In this document: positions 1-12,685 of the stretch, piece after piece
How positions within the stretch are numbered: position 1 is the first letter of the stretch
Layout of the letters: each line of letters begins with the position of its first letter
Made by a program: the position numbers and the translations under genes
Notes under the pieces: model-generated
What the model was told of the DNA's origin: nothing
Seen by the model: only the letters and a program-made list of their open reading frames with translations
Databases searched by the model: none
NCBI RefSeq assembly: GCF_001194135.2
Contig: NC_068984.1
Span: forward strand, 64,947,013-65,011,012
Source of the DNA: Octopus bimaculoides
Lineage: Eukaryota
Length of the DNA stretch: 64,000 bases
Direction: 5' to 3'

Positions 1-702
1 GAAAAGGATAAAATAATAAGCCAACAAAACAAATCCACTTTTGAATAATTTCATAGCACTTTATTTTCTTCTAGCTCTCTCCTAAATTCTTCTATAAAAC
101 TGAAACTTATCTATGAAAATGTTAACAAACACAATGAAAAATATGTATGTTTTCAAAATTCTGATAGTTGTTGTATGAGGAAACATTAAAAAAAAATCTA
201 TGGAATAATCTAAGAGAATAATCTTAAATAAAATTTGAATAACAAAACAAAATCTATAATGATTAACATGCCCAACTGGATTGGACATTATTGTTAGTTT
301 AATAATAACAATAAAATGCTAAGTGTATAATCAAAGAACTACTATGTAAAATTTATGTGTATGCCCAAAAAGATCTCATATTCTGGATTCATAACCATAA
401 ATCTAGTCAACGTTATAGAATGACTTATTTGGAGTAGAATATATATATCCTAAATAAGACAAGAATCATATTTCTTTCTTAGAACAAAATGTGTCACAAT
501 AGTAAGGGAAGAAAATTAGCAATGCAGATTATATTATTTACTTCTTTATTATGTGTCTCTAAACTTTTGAATTTCAAGTTGAGCCACTGTCAATATTTTC
601 AAAAATGATCCAATGATATATTTTTCCTTGATCTTTTCTTCAATCAAAAATGACATTATTAAATAAAGAATTCATTATTATTAAAATACAAACAAGTATT
701 TT

Positions 703-902
703 GTGAGCTGGCAAAATCGTTAGCACGCTGGGAGAAATGTTTAGTAGCATTTCACCTATTGCTATGTTCTGAGTTCAAATTCCACTGAGGTCCTTTAGGG
801 GTTGATAAATTAAGTACCAGTGAAACATTGGAGTTGATATAATCGACTAGTCTCCTCCCACAAAATTTCAGTCCTTGTGCCTATGGTAGAAAGGATTATC
901 AT
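703..902 (+). mobile_element. tRNA-derived SINE, family 2 (GTGAGCTGGCA... head)
   Basis: A-box-like TGGCAAAATCG and B-box-like GAGTTCAAATTCC, followed by GGGGTTGATAAATTAAGTACCAG. That central segment resembles the Meta-type SINE domain (recollection). Homologous copies at 22192, 51460 and 60555. Confidence 0.85.
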
Positions 903-1125
903 TGTTGTTGTTACTCAGCCTCAGGGCAGCCACGACTGACGGAAGCTATGATTAAAAGTGTTGATCACTCTTTCTTTTGCATATCAGCCACTATTTTATC
1001 TAATATATTCTTACTTATTTAGGATGATGGTAGAGTGTGATATAAGGGAGTCTGGGTTACTAATTCTAGCCAGTTAAGTGACTGTACAAAAGCTTCTTCA
1101 TTGACTTGTGAAAGCTGATGGCAAT
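903..1125 (-). mobile_element. SINE-like repeat, family 3, (AAC)n-tailed, degraded
   Basis: Plus strand starts with a GTTGTTGTT tail. Alignable by eye to copies at 12600-12685, 29290-29475 and 49940-50118 (segments like CTGCTAGAAAyAGC..CAAATCTCCCTC). Confidence 0.6.
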
Positions 1126-3403
1126 GTTCGTATTATAAAGAGATATAAGTCATAAATTGTAATATAAAGAGGAAAATGATTGACCCAAAGCTAAAATTTA
1201 CTTTACTCTTGGTTTCAAAATGTGTACCCTTGTCCTATTTTCTAAACATGCGATATTTTGAAAATATCTGGTTAACATCAATTTCTAAGAATGACACAGT
1301 AATTGAATCCAAGTATAAAACATCCTACATTTTCTGATTCAGTAAAAAAGGTTTTCATATAATGAGAAAAAACGACACATTTCTCAATGGGATGTTTCCA
1401 GACAAATCAAATTATGATAAGTAAGTGCAGTCATAAGAAGACAACTTGCTGCATACATATCATAAGTTGAATCAAAATGACAGCGAAGCAATCAAGATTG
1501 AAATAAGGTATGTTAACTCTTTCTTAACCACTATACACATTGTAGGTTACAAGATTTTCAGCACTTAAGCAAGCTACTCAATCCTCCTCTCTCATGAACA
1601 CAAATAAGATGTGTAGTAAATGATTGCTTTGTCTATACATTACTGAAACAAACAGTAGAGCAGTATGTTTAATGGATTAGTCAGAATATTTTGGTTGATT
1701 AAATAGCTTCTCTTATGACAATGAATGCATGGACGGTGTTATAAAAAAATTGAATCTACCCAGACAAAAGAGAAAGAAAGAAAAAGGGAAAGAAAGAAAA
1801 AAGAAAGAAAGAAAACAAGCATTAGCATTTGAGTAATAGTAGATTTCAAAACAGAGGCCTTCTTCACGTGTAGGAGAGGTAATATCTGATTTTCTTCAGA
1901 AATTTAATTCGACAATGAAATCTATTAACAATGTTCACTGAAAAACCAGGAAGTTACTACATGAATCTTTACAATCTGGACTGCCATGGATCATTACTAT
2001 GTAGAAATAAGAGATCATTATCTAAAGTAAACATTATTTTTTCATATCCAGTAATGCATTATCATCATGCAAAGCTGGCTAGCTGATTAACTGGTTGACT
2101 GGCACTGGATTTAAGCAGCATTCAATATTCAATCTATAATAAAATCTTTACAATACATATATATANNNNNNNNNNNNNNNNNNNNNNNNNNNNNNNNNNN
2201 NNNNNNNNNNNNNNNNNNNNNNNNNNNNNNNNNNNNNNNNNNNNNNNNNNNNNNNNNNNNNNNNNNNNNNNNNNNNNNNNNNNNNNNNNNNNNNNNNNNN
2301 NNNNNNNNNNNNNAATGCTATTTTGAATTGATAACCAATAATACCCTTCCTTAAGCTAGAATTTACTGTTTCTTTTAACAAAAAGACTACCAAATCTATT
2401 TATTTATTTATTGTAAATGTCTCTAAAAAGCTTAATATTAAAATGTAAACAATGCAACGTCCAAGGTGTATAAAATACGAAAGACTGACAAATGAAAAGA
2501 AACAGCATAGTATAATTGGTAAAAATTTTGACTGGAAATGATCATTAGCTCTGCTATACAGTTTTTAAGGACCAATAAACAAAAATTTGAATGCCTACAG
2601 CTCTGACAATGGTTTTTCCCAATGAAATTTTAGTTTTGGAATAAGTAGTCTCCAAGTAGCAATTACTGGACATTTTCCCAAAAGAAAGAAATATGCAGTC
2701 CTTCATTCATTTCTTTTTCTTCTACACATCATATCACCTAGCTACATCTCATTCCTCTCATTCTTTCCCTCTATTTCTGCTTCCTACCTTCTATCTCTGC
2801 TTATTGTCTGTCCCTCCAAATTTCTTTAACTCACCAAATCATTTCCATTATTTTCATCTTTATCTTTGTGAGAAATATTGACTTATGAACTGCAGATGCA
2901 TCTATATATATTGGCAAATGGCAGTTATTTCAGAGAAAGAGAGAGAGACTAATAAACAAAGCCATACTTTTCATACATTCCACTTGGCAACCTAGAAATG
3001 ATGAATGGAATAGCTTTGTTAATGGTGTCAACAATGACAATAACAGATGTGGATGTTTATGATGTGTATATCTATATATTATAATAGAACATGTGCATGT
3101 GTGTGCGTGCATGTGCGTGCATGTGTGTGTGTGTGTGTGTATCTTCAAATAACCTATGAATGTAAAGTGTATGTTTGCATGTGCATAAAACTTATATAAA
3201 TGTATCTGTGTTTAGATGTGCATTTATATGAGCAGACACACACACAAACACACACACACACACATGTATACGTATGTGTGAGTTTGTGTGTATAGAGGGA
3301 GAGCAAGTTAACCCTATGGAGAGCTCAGATGTTTTGATTACATTTATAAACTCAGAACAAACATTATGTGAGTACATGAATAATTGGAACAGATGAATTT
3401 TAT

Positions 3404-3715
3404 TTAGGATTCACAAGCCTTAATACCTTCATGCCTCTGATCCTTATGTTGCAAGACATGCACAAATCGCTTCCTTTCTGCCTCACTCTTAACCAAATAT
3501 ATCTGCTGCCTAGCTGCCCTTCCAGTAATTTGATAATGTCTCCTCTCCCTGCTATCACCTTCCTTCATTTTGCAAGCATGTCTATTAGCCTTTACTACCT
3601 TACCAGTCACATCATTATTCCACCACTATGTCACTTTCAGCATGGCTGAGGCTTTGCTCCAGCAATATGTCAGGTTATTTAATAGAAATTCCCTGTTTTC
3701 ATCTCTTCTGCAGGT
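3404..3715 (-). mobile_element. RTE-clade LINE remnant (endonuclease-to-RT linker), with stops
   Basis: Minus-strand translation KVT*WWNNDVTGKVVKANRHACKMKEGDSRERRHYQITGRAARQQIYLVKSEAERKRF carries the WWN-x-V motif followed by the basic helical region typical of RTE ORF2 linkers. Confidence 0.7.
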
Positions 3716-4056
3716 CAGTTATTATTTCTTTAAATCTGTTCCCAATTATGGACTACAGAACCTTTTACTTTCTATATCTTCTTTCTCTATATCATTTCAG
3801 GTTTCTAAGTCTATCTAGCTCATATATATATATATATATATATANNNNNNNNNNNNNNNNNNNNNNNNNNNNNNNNNNNNNNNNNNNNNNNNNNNNNNNN
3901 NNNNNNNNNNNNNNNNNNNNNNNNNNNNNNNNNNNNNNNNNNNNNNNNNNNNNNNNNNNNNNNNNNNNNNNNNNNNNNNNNNNNNNNNNNNNNNNNNNNT
4001 ATGTACGTACATGTATGCATACACATATATGTGCATATATATATTTGTGTGTCTGT

Positions 4057-4091
<35 letters not shown>

Positions 4092-5033
4092 TATTTATAT
4101 ATATATATAAAACATACATACAAATATATAAACACACACACATATGTGCAAAACATATATAAGATGAAGCTTTATTCATATTATATACTACAGCATTAAA
4201 CAGAATTAATTTTTAATATACATAGATATCTGTCAATGGTGGTTCAATCTTACTGATTCAATGGAAAAGAGAAATGTGCTTAAGTCATTCAAATATATCA
4301 TAAGTATGCTGAAGTACACACACACAAACACACACACCATATGCACAAAGTTATGTGTGACAACAAGTGGCACTACGTGCATACACACTCGTTTCAACTT
4401 CATGCATCCCCCCAACAAATAGGAAGATTGTTTTAATGCAAAATGTGAGGAGTCGATATAGATGACCTATAGGATCAGAATTTGAGTTCAATACTTACAG
4501 ATTAATATTCCAGCATTTAGACTTTACTTTGTATTTAACTTCTATTTGTTAGATGAAAATAAGTGGATTAACTATATTATTCCTGCCACTATCATCAATA
4601 TCTTTTATTTAAAATCCACGTTTTCTATATTAGCTTTTTGAATGGGTATACTATACTACATATCATCATCTTTTAATTCTATACTATTTTTTCAAGTTGT
4701 TCTTGCTTTGACTCTAATATAAGTATCCTCTTCCCAATAAGCAATGCACAATATGTTTTTCACCCAACATGTTCCTACAATTCAAATTGCATTATCTCTC
4801 CTCAAAACACAAACAATTCTTTTTCTGAGCAGTTACTTTTTCAATATATTTGAGCATGACTTTATTCAAAAATTAATATTACACATTTTGTGGATCATTT
4901 TCCTCTGCTATAGAGTGTTATGATTCCTACAAATGTATTTGCTCAAACACTGATAAGTCAAAAAAGATAACTTCAAGACAGTATGTCAATACAATAGGAT
5001 CGTAATTGTTTCTATGTTTAATTTCATCTTTAG

Positions 5034-5182
5034 AAATGAAAGATATCTCACCTGAAACTTATCAGTGGGTCACTGGCTCTTTTAACTCTCAAATTACTGA
5101 TTATATTGAAATCAGTAGATCAGTGGAAGTTGAATGCAACGAAAACATAGCAAAAGGGAGCAACCAACATGTCGCTAATTAA
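5034..5182 (+). CDS. Candidate terminal coding exon of an unidentified plus-strand gene
   Basis: Acceptor tttaatttcatctttag, phase 1, then 48 open codons (E)MKDISPETYQWVTGSFNSQITDYIEISRSVEVECNENIAKGSNQHVAN*. AATAAA motifs at ~5198 and ~5210. No homology recognised. Confidence 0.4.
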
Positions 5183-7696
5183 AAGTTGAATTTTATTAAT
5201 AAATATATTAATAAAATGCTAAAATGTTCTTACTGGTGCAATGAGCTGACACGTTTAAATAAAGAGTAGTAATGCCATGATATTCAAGTATAAATAAAGG
5301 TTCAACAATATGCATGTTGAAAGAGAAATCACTAATAGTAAAGTACGCTCTTGCATTTAATATACTGATTTTCATGTGTTCAGATTCTGAATCTTTAATA
5401 AATATTAAGTCAGTTTCTTTCCTGCTTCATGTCATATTTGTCCATAGTAGAATACAAGCTATAGAATTTTCTGATCAGATGTTTAACACATGTCATAAGA
5501 AACTCGCATTTTGGGCTTCTATTTAATCATTTAATATTTATTTTTCTATTTTATTTAACATATACTTAGCACAATTGATATAAATTTATAGTTATATTTC
5601 AATAAACTGAATGTTGGAGACTGTCAACTGTAATTAAACTATTTCTATATCTCAGTGTATAAATTAAATAACTTTCAAATAAGTTATTTGACATGAGCGG
5701 AATGTCTAATCACAAAAGTCTGAAGTTTGACTCCTACAATGGGAGGATTTATTCACACTGAAATTATTTGAAATCTGAAAGAAATATTTCTTCATATTTA
5801 TTAAATACTCAGAATTAATATAAGAGAAAATCAGTATGTTAAGTATTGTATCTGTAGCCAATAGCTGTAAGTAATATATTTTAATATTGTGAGCATAAAT
5901 ACAACATCCAACATCCATTAGAATTATTTGATGTTTTCCTTTCTAAATTGCCTGGAAATTCCCTAAATTGTAAAAAAAGATACTTTGTAATTTGAAACCC
6001 ATTTTAGAACCAATTACTTGAGTAATGATGATAACTAATGTTCATTGAAAGAGTTTGAGTGAATTAGTTCAAAATTCTAATCAACCAACCTCAAGATCTT
6101 AATAAAAAACATTAGAAACCATTTCTTACAGATTCCAATGCCAAATTACTGAGTGAAAGCAATTTAACATATAGCAACAAAACTGTTGATAGTCAACAAA
6201 GAACTCCAAAAGTAAACAACGTATTTAAGTTCTGAATTGGCAATTAACAGTAATAACCAACAAAATTATAATTCTACCTGAAATGCTATATTTTATTCTA
6301 TTTCAATAAAATTGGTTGTAATATGGGTTGTTAATTTTTATTGTAACCAATGTGCTTTTCAAGAGTATTACTATTATAATTTTTAATATTATTTTCATTA
6401 GCAGTAGCAACAACAATAACATCAAAAGACTTAGTTGCAATGTAATTATTGTAATTATGTACTTGATGTTAAAGTAATACATTAAAAATTAAAAGATATT
6501 TTCAACAGGTGACATTTTGTCTTGTGTAATTTAAAAATTTAGCAAAATAAACATTTAGGACATTTTTTAAAAAACTTTTCTATTAGTTTTATTATTCTAT
6601 AATATCTATTATGATAATTTAGTTTACGAAAAATGTATAACTAAAAATATCAAAAATAAAAAATAAAATAAAGATATAATTGATGAAACCAAAATTTTGT
6701 TGATATAAGGGAAAAAAATTTGGTTGATGAAAAGATAGTATCAAAATGTCGTAAGCTATTACAAACCCATTAGTTTTGCTGAAGAACACTAATGTGTGTT
6801 TTTATGAGTTAAACATTTATTTAATACTTTCTGAGAAAAAAATAAAATAAAAACAAATTTAGGAAAAAAGACAACAAAACATGTGCAGTGAATAAAAGAA
6901 AAAAAGAATGCCTTAGTTCATTATTTTTCAATAGTCTTATCTTAGTTTATTTCTAGAGAACAAGCCATATATTGTCAATATCTTTAAAATAAAGACATAT
7001 TTCTGTAAGAGACAGAAAACATTGTTTCAGTCAAGCAAAAGATGAAAAAAAAAAAAAAATGGAAGAAACAAATATTACAAATCTATTCTTATATTCAGTT
7101 GTATGAAATCTCTTATCACACATCTTTCACATGATAGTTATGATAATAGTTATGACAGTAGTGATGATAATAATGACAATTCATGATTAATTTGTAATTT
7201 TCTTCATCAAATGCTCCTTTTCATTTTCTTACAATAATAATAATAATAATAATAATAATAGTATGTACTTTTATACACATTAAATATTAAGGTATTAATA
7301 TAGGCTGCAAATTAATGTCTAAATAACTATTCACTTTCATTATATTACTCAATCTTTGAGATATATTGAGTCAATATAGTGACAAATTTGTGGATTTTAT
7401 ATTGTTTTGTTTTTCATTTTCTTTCAACTTTATATTTCATCAGTTATGACCATTTAGTGCTATATTTTCTTTTGTATAAGCTTCTGCAACAATATTAATA
7501 ATTTTATTTCATTGCATTAAATTATAAATTAGTTAAAATAGTCTTAACAAAGTTGCAAATTAATGAGCAATTCATTTTGTTGGTCTTGTGTTCAACTACA
7601 TTCAAAATGATTTCCTCTATTTTATGCCTCTGGAAATTGATCAATGAATGTCATTGATCATTCAACTAAGACTTATTTTCTGCAAAGGATCAAATA

Positions 7697-8113
7697 TTCT
7701 TTTATTCTTTTACTCATTTAATTGTTTCAGTCATTTGACTGTAGCAATGCTAGAGCACCACCTTGAAAGGTCTTTTTCTTTAGTCGAAGAAATTGAACCC
7801 AGGGTTTATTCTTTCTAAGTCTAGTATTTATACAAACAGTCCCCTTTGCTGAACTGCCAAGTTACAGGGAAGCAAACATACCAACACCTGTTGCTAAGCA
7901 ATGGTGGTGGTGATGGGACAAACACAGCCACAAAGACACATACAAATGAATATATATATATATATATGTATATGACAGGCTTCTTTCAGTTTACATTTAC
8001 CATATCCATTCATAGGCTATAGTAGAGTAGAAGACGCTTGTCCAAGGTGCCATGTAGTGGGACTAAACCTAGAACCATGTGGTTGAGAAGCAAGCTTCTT
8101 ATCACACAGCCAC
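7697..8113 (-). mobile_element. tRNA-derived SINE, family 1 (GTGGCTGTGTG... head, internal microsatellite, TGACTGAAACAA...TAAAAGAATAAAAG tail)
   Basis: Colinear with the copies at 10103-10484 and 57749-58206; internal (TA)n at ~7950-7972. Confidence 0.9.
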
Positions 8114-8977
8114 AAATTCAAAAACAAAATTAAATAATTTTTCCAAAATCCTTTTAACACTTTTCCTGAGTCATAACAGAATGAAATGATAGAATTTTGG
8201 TAATTTGTTTCCTGTTATCTGTACTACATCTTGAAGCAAATATATAAGCAGATATACTGCATCATTAATTGGTTCAAAGTATGATATCTGAACTGATTCG
8301 ATTGTATTCTCTTAGAATGTTTTGTACATCGAAGGGTGGCTAACAGCTGTTATATACAATTTTATGAGAAATAAAGAAGTAATTGGAGTTTGTATCTAAT
8401 TTTGTAGGTAAAGCAATTGCTATATGTTTAATATATATTTTAATGATATACAGATAAAAATAAAAAAAACACTTATCTGTCACAAACCTGAAGAGAGCTG
8501 AAGATTAACAAGATGAAATGTGAACAAAAATTTATAATTATCCTAAACGTGTCATACATCAACTATCTTCTCAACTCATATCAGCAAAACTTACAAATTA
8601 GGATAATATGTAAGTAGATAGGTTTTGAGCACAGAGATCTTACATATATAACAATTTAAGAACATTATGTTTCTATACATTTATTACCCTAGTTAATTTT
8701 CTAAAAGTAATTTTTAAGGCCAAGGATTAGGTAAATATATTTATGTGAATACTGAGAACTGACTCACGTAACACATTTCCTAAGTAATCTATTAAAGAAC
8801 CATTCCAAAAGTAGTAATATCAATTTCAACGTAACTTATACATGTGTATTTTCTTTATTCAAAGAAGGTAGCAAGAATCTCACACTGCAAATTCTAGCTT
8901 AATAGCTACAAATGTAAATAGGAATATTATTATTTCTAAATCTGTCAATGAGACATTCAGTAACAGTATGCTAAAGA

Positions 8978-9431
8978 AAAGATTAATTGTCAACATAATG
9001 TGGCAGTCCCAGTTGGGACAAATGTTACTGTAATTTAGCCTCAGGAAATATCATCTCCCACTAGCTATATGACACACAATCTGTGTCCTTATATTTTTGA
9101 ACAGGGGAGTTTAGCATCCCCATTCAGCACAAAGCAATATCTGTGGACTGCAAATTCTGAGTTATTTCTCTTCTTCGGCACAGGGACAGGAATTTAGCAG
9201 CGCCATTTCTAGCTGAGCAATTATTCCGTGCCAAGGAAGATAAATAACCCAGAAACTGCGGTCCACAGATACTGCTTTGTGCTCAATGGGGACGCTAAAC
9301 TCCCCTGTTCAAAAATATAACGACAAAGATTGTGTGTCATGCAGCCAGGTGGAGACGATGCTTCCTGAGACTAAATAACTGTAACATTCATCCCAACCGA
9401 GATGGCCATATTATGTTGGCAAATAATCTTT
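8978..9431. mobile_element. Fold-back (palindromic) MITE-like element, ~205-bp inverted arms
   Basis: Left arm AAAGATTAATTGTCAACATAATGTGGC... is the imperfect reverse complement of the right arm ...GCCATATTATGTTGGCAAATAATCTTT. A 27-bp block matches perfectly (9089-9115 vs 9294-9320). Spacer ~40 bp, no ORF, no clear TSD. Confidence 0.85.
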
Positions 9432-9608
9432 ACGGCTACAAATGAAAAAAAAATTCTGTGAATTAATAATGTAAATTATCATTTGAAAAATGATTTCTTA
9501 AATTCTTTTAGCCTCAGCTCATATCAGGAGGTCTTGGTAACTGAATCTGATAAAGTACACACAATAATTTTACTTTTTTGCCATAATTTATTCACTGTTA
9601 AGCCTTCT

Positions 9609-9633
9609 CTGTGTGTGTGTGTGTGTGTATGTA

Positions 9634-9692
<59 letters not shown>
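9609..9692. repeat. Compound (GT)n(AT)n microsatellite, representative of dozens in the window
   Basis: Seen directly. Others include 3090-3140, 25310-25377, 32643-32750, 37905-37952, 52200-52270, 53030-53270, 53595-53660, and decayed trinucleotide tracts at 7130-7260, 27650-27860 and 57240-57450. Confidence 0.97.
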
Positions 9693-10102
9693 NNNNNNNN
9701 NNNNNNNNNNNNNNNNNNNNNNNNNNNNNNNNNNNNNNNNNNNNNNNNNNNNNNNNNNNNNNNNNNNNNNNNNNNNNNNNNNNNNNNNNNNNNNNNNNNN
9801 NNNNNNNNNNNNNNNNNNNNNNNNNNNNNNNNNNNNNNNNNNNNNNNNNNNNNNNNNNNNNNNNNNNNNNNNNNNNNNNNNNNNNNNNNNNNNNNNNNNN
9901 NNNNNNNNNNNNNNNNNNNNNNNNNNNNNNNNNNNNNNNNNNNNNNNNNNNNNNNNNNNNNNNNNNNNNNNNNNNNNNNNNNNNNNNNNNNNNNNNNNNN
10001 NNNNNNNNNNNNNNNNNNNNNNNNNNNNNNNNNNNNNNNNNNNNNNNNNATAATACTGTACATTTTGACTTTAATATATATATATATATCCCCTGCATAT
10101 AT

Positions 10103-10484
10103 ACTCTTTACTCTTTTACTCTTTTACTTGTTTCAGTCATTTGACTGTGGCCATGCTGGAGCACCGCCTTTAGTCGAGCAAATCGGCCCCAGGACTTATT
10201 CTATCGGTCTCTTTTGCCAAACCGCTAAGTTACGGGGACGTAAACACACCAGCATCGGTTGTCAAGCGATGTTGGGGGGACAAACACAGACACACAAACA
10301 TATACACACCCACATATATATACGACGGGCTTCTTTCAGTTTCCATCTACCAAATCCACTCACAAGGCTTTGGTCGGCCTGAGGTTATAGTAGAAGACAC
10401 TTGCCCAAGGTGTCACGCAGTGGGACTGAACCGAGAACCATGTGGTTGGTAAGCAAGCTACTTACCACACAGCCACTCCTGCAC
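10103..10484 (-). mobile_element. tRNA-derived SINE, family 1, young near-intact copy
   Basis: Head GCAGGAGTGGCTGTGTGGTAAG...GGTTCAGTCCCACTGCG with many CpGs retained, and a (GTAAAAGA)n-like tail. ATATATCyCCTGCATATAT occurs on both flanks (possible TSD, offset by ~10 bp on the right). Confidence 0.92.
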
Positions 10485-12340
10485 TTATCCAAGACATATA
10501 TCTCCTGCATATATCACTATCCAAGACATTTAAAAAATGTATTTATGTAAAAATCTGGGAGTATCAGTTGAATGAATCTTCACCTTTAAATGAATAAATA
10601 AACACATGTATCTAACTCTATTCTAGATAATATATCAGCACGCGCGCATGCGCACACACATGCACACACAAACACACAAATGCACATACACACTTTTATA
10701 TGGAGAGTGATGAGCAAAAAGTCTTATTTGCATGATAATTTAGAAGAATATTTTCATTTGTTTCAGTATTATTAAAAATATGTATATATTTTTTACTGAT
10801 ATTCTTTAATTCTTTGCAGGTATTTATTGTAATCTTTTGTTGCCATTACAATTTATTACACTGACTATTATGCAAATGCTATACACAAAATTCAAAATAT
10901 GATTATTAGGATGCATTTAACCAGCATTTACCGAGGAACTTATAAATGTAAAACATTATCATTGGTAGCTCTCTCTCACAATGTTCTTCAACAATGGTTT
11001 AAACTTTGGAATATGAAAGATGGTTTGTGACAGACAAACAATGAATCTGGCAAATAGGAGAGAGCATTCTCTTCCAAATTTAATTGATTTTCATTATATA
11101 TGTTGCCTTGGCTTTATTTTTCAACAATAGCTCTAAACTTTGCTAATTTTGCACACAAACTATTCCATCTGCTGAATATGTGTGGATATATTATGTGTGC
11201 GTGCATATGTTAGTATGCATAATTACATACATACACACACACAGAGGGTGGAGGGGGAGAGAGAGAAATGTTTAATTGAAAATCCTAAGAATTTTGTGCT
11301 GAAATTCTATAGAATTCTAAAGGAAAAGCCATTTGTTTTAGATATGGCTGCCATAAAATACTGATTCTATGAAAATATAATCTCTCCTACAGATTTTGTC
11401 AATTTTCCATGAGCAAAGAAGAATTAAATTTCCAGAAGATGGTGTGTGTGTGTGTATGTGCACACGCATGCACACAAGTGTATTTACAATGATGAACAGA
11501 AAGTGAAAGAATGATGAAAGCATTCAAGTTGTTGGTGGAGACGATGATGAATTATTGTAGTAGTTGTGGCTTCTGTGCTTGTGGTAGAGATGAAGATACT
11601 AGCAACAGACATTTTAATATTGGAATATTTTTCATTTGAATTTATATTATCAGAAGTTTTGGTATGAAGAATTAATGCTATGTGATATAAGTTTATAAGC
11701 TTGAGGCAACAAAGTACAATAATAAGTTTCCACCAACAAGCTGTTTTACATTAAATTACTCCTAATATTACTGAAATGGATAATATGTTAAATTTTCATA
11801 TATTTATTCAAATGGGAAAAAAACTAATTAATTTTCTATGAATATTTTACTTTTATTTTTTATTTTTTTTATCATAGGTGTCAGTATATTTACATTCATT
11901 TTATGTTTAGATAAAATGTTAATCCTCAGCTGAAGTAAAATTGTACAAAATATCAACAGGTTAATGTAGTTTGTTGGTAAAGTGTACAAGTGAAAGTAAA
12001 TAAATTAGATTAAAATAAAGAAGCTAAAATATTATGATAAGCTTCGGCAATAATGACCTTCCTAAAGTCAAGTGCAAATCATTATGTTTAACCTTTATTT
12101 TAAGTGTATGAGCATGTGTTTAGTTATGTGTATGTGTTTAGCTTGTAACTTTGTATTAGCCATTATGGTTAAGATAATAAACATTACCTTATAAACAAAC
12201 TAACTGATATTAACTGATATTAACTGATATACAGCACTGAAAGAGTAATAACTTTAAATAAAATCATATAAAACATGAACATGTGCACGCATGTGTATAT
12301 ACCTATACATGTATATGTTTATATTGTCAGAGGATCATTG

Positions 12341-12382
12341 GAGTGACCAATGGTTTCATGGATGCGAAACCATTGGTCACTC
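12341..12382. repeat. Perfect 17-bp inverted repeat with 8-nt loop
   Basis: GAGTGACCAATGGTTTC-ATGGATGC-GAAACCATTGGTCACTC; the stem extends imperfectly to ~12336-12387. Confidence 0.95.
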
Positions 12383-12599
12383 TATGGCTGTACATATATT
12401 TAACTGCATATATATATATATATATAAATACATACATACACACAAAGTGGGAGGTAGAGTGAGATGCTGGGAAAAATATATATTTGCGTGTATGGAGCCT
12501 CCATGTGGCGTAACGGAAATTTGTGTGAACATGATTGTGTATGATTTTGCTATAATCCTCATTATGCATCTTATCAGTCACACATCCCTTGAAAGAAAT

Positions 12600-12685
12600 G
12601 AGACAATGAAAGGAACCACATAGTAGTTGCATGACCTGTTTGAAATAACAGTCAAGTCTTTCTCAACTTATACCATACTGTCAAA
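12600..12685 (+). mobile_element. Family 3 SINE-like fragment
   Basis: GACCTGTTTGAAATAACAGTCAAGTCTTTCTC resembles the family segment seen at 49940. Confidence 0.45.

Noticed and set aside
1343-1507. Acceptor plus two donors (1421 gtaagt, 1508 gtatgt), with one frame continuing past two TAA stops; tempting as editing-dependent read-through
   Set aside because: No homology, phase does not match the 5034 exon, and recoding two TAA codons needs four edits with no visible duplex; chance is sufficient.
3404-3610. IYLVKSEAERKRFVHVL resembles a PH-domain C-terminal helix
   Set aside because: The upstream WWNND motif and context fit an RTE LINE linker better, and there is no splice support.
9483-10382. 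299-aa ORF and similar long ORFs across gaps (3628-4179, 25278-25787, 28483-28959, 32410-32831, 53957-54757)
   Set aside because: They consist of N runs and (AT)n/(GT)n translated as YIYI/CVCV; artefacts.
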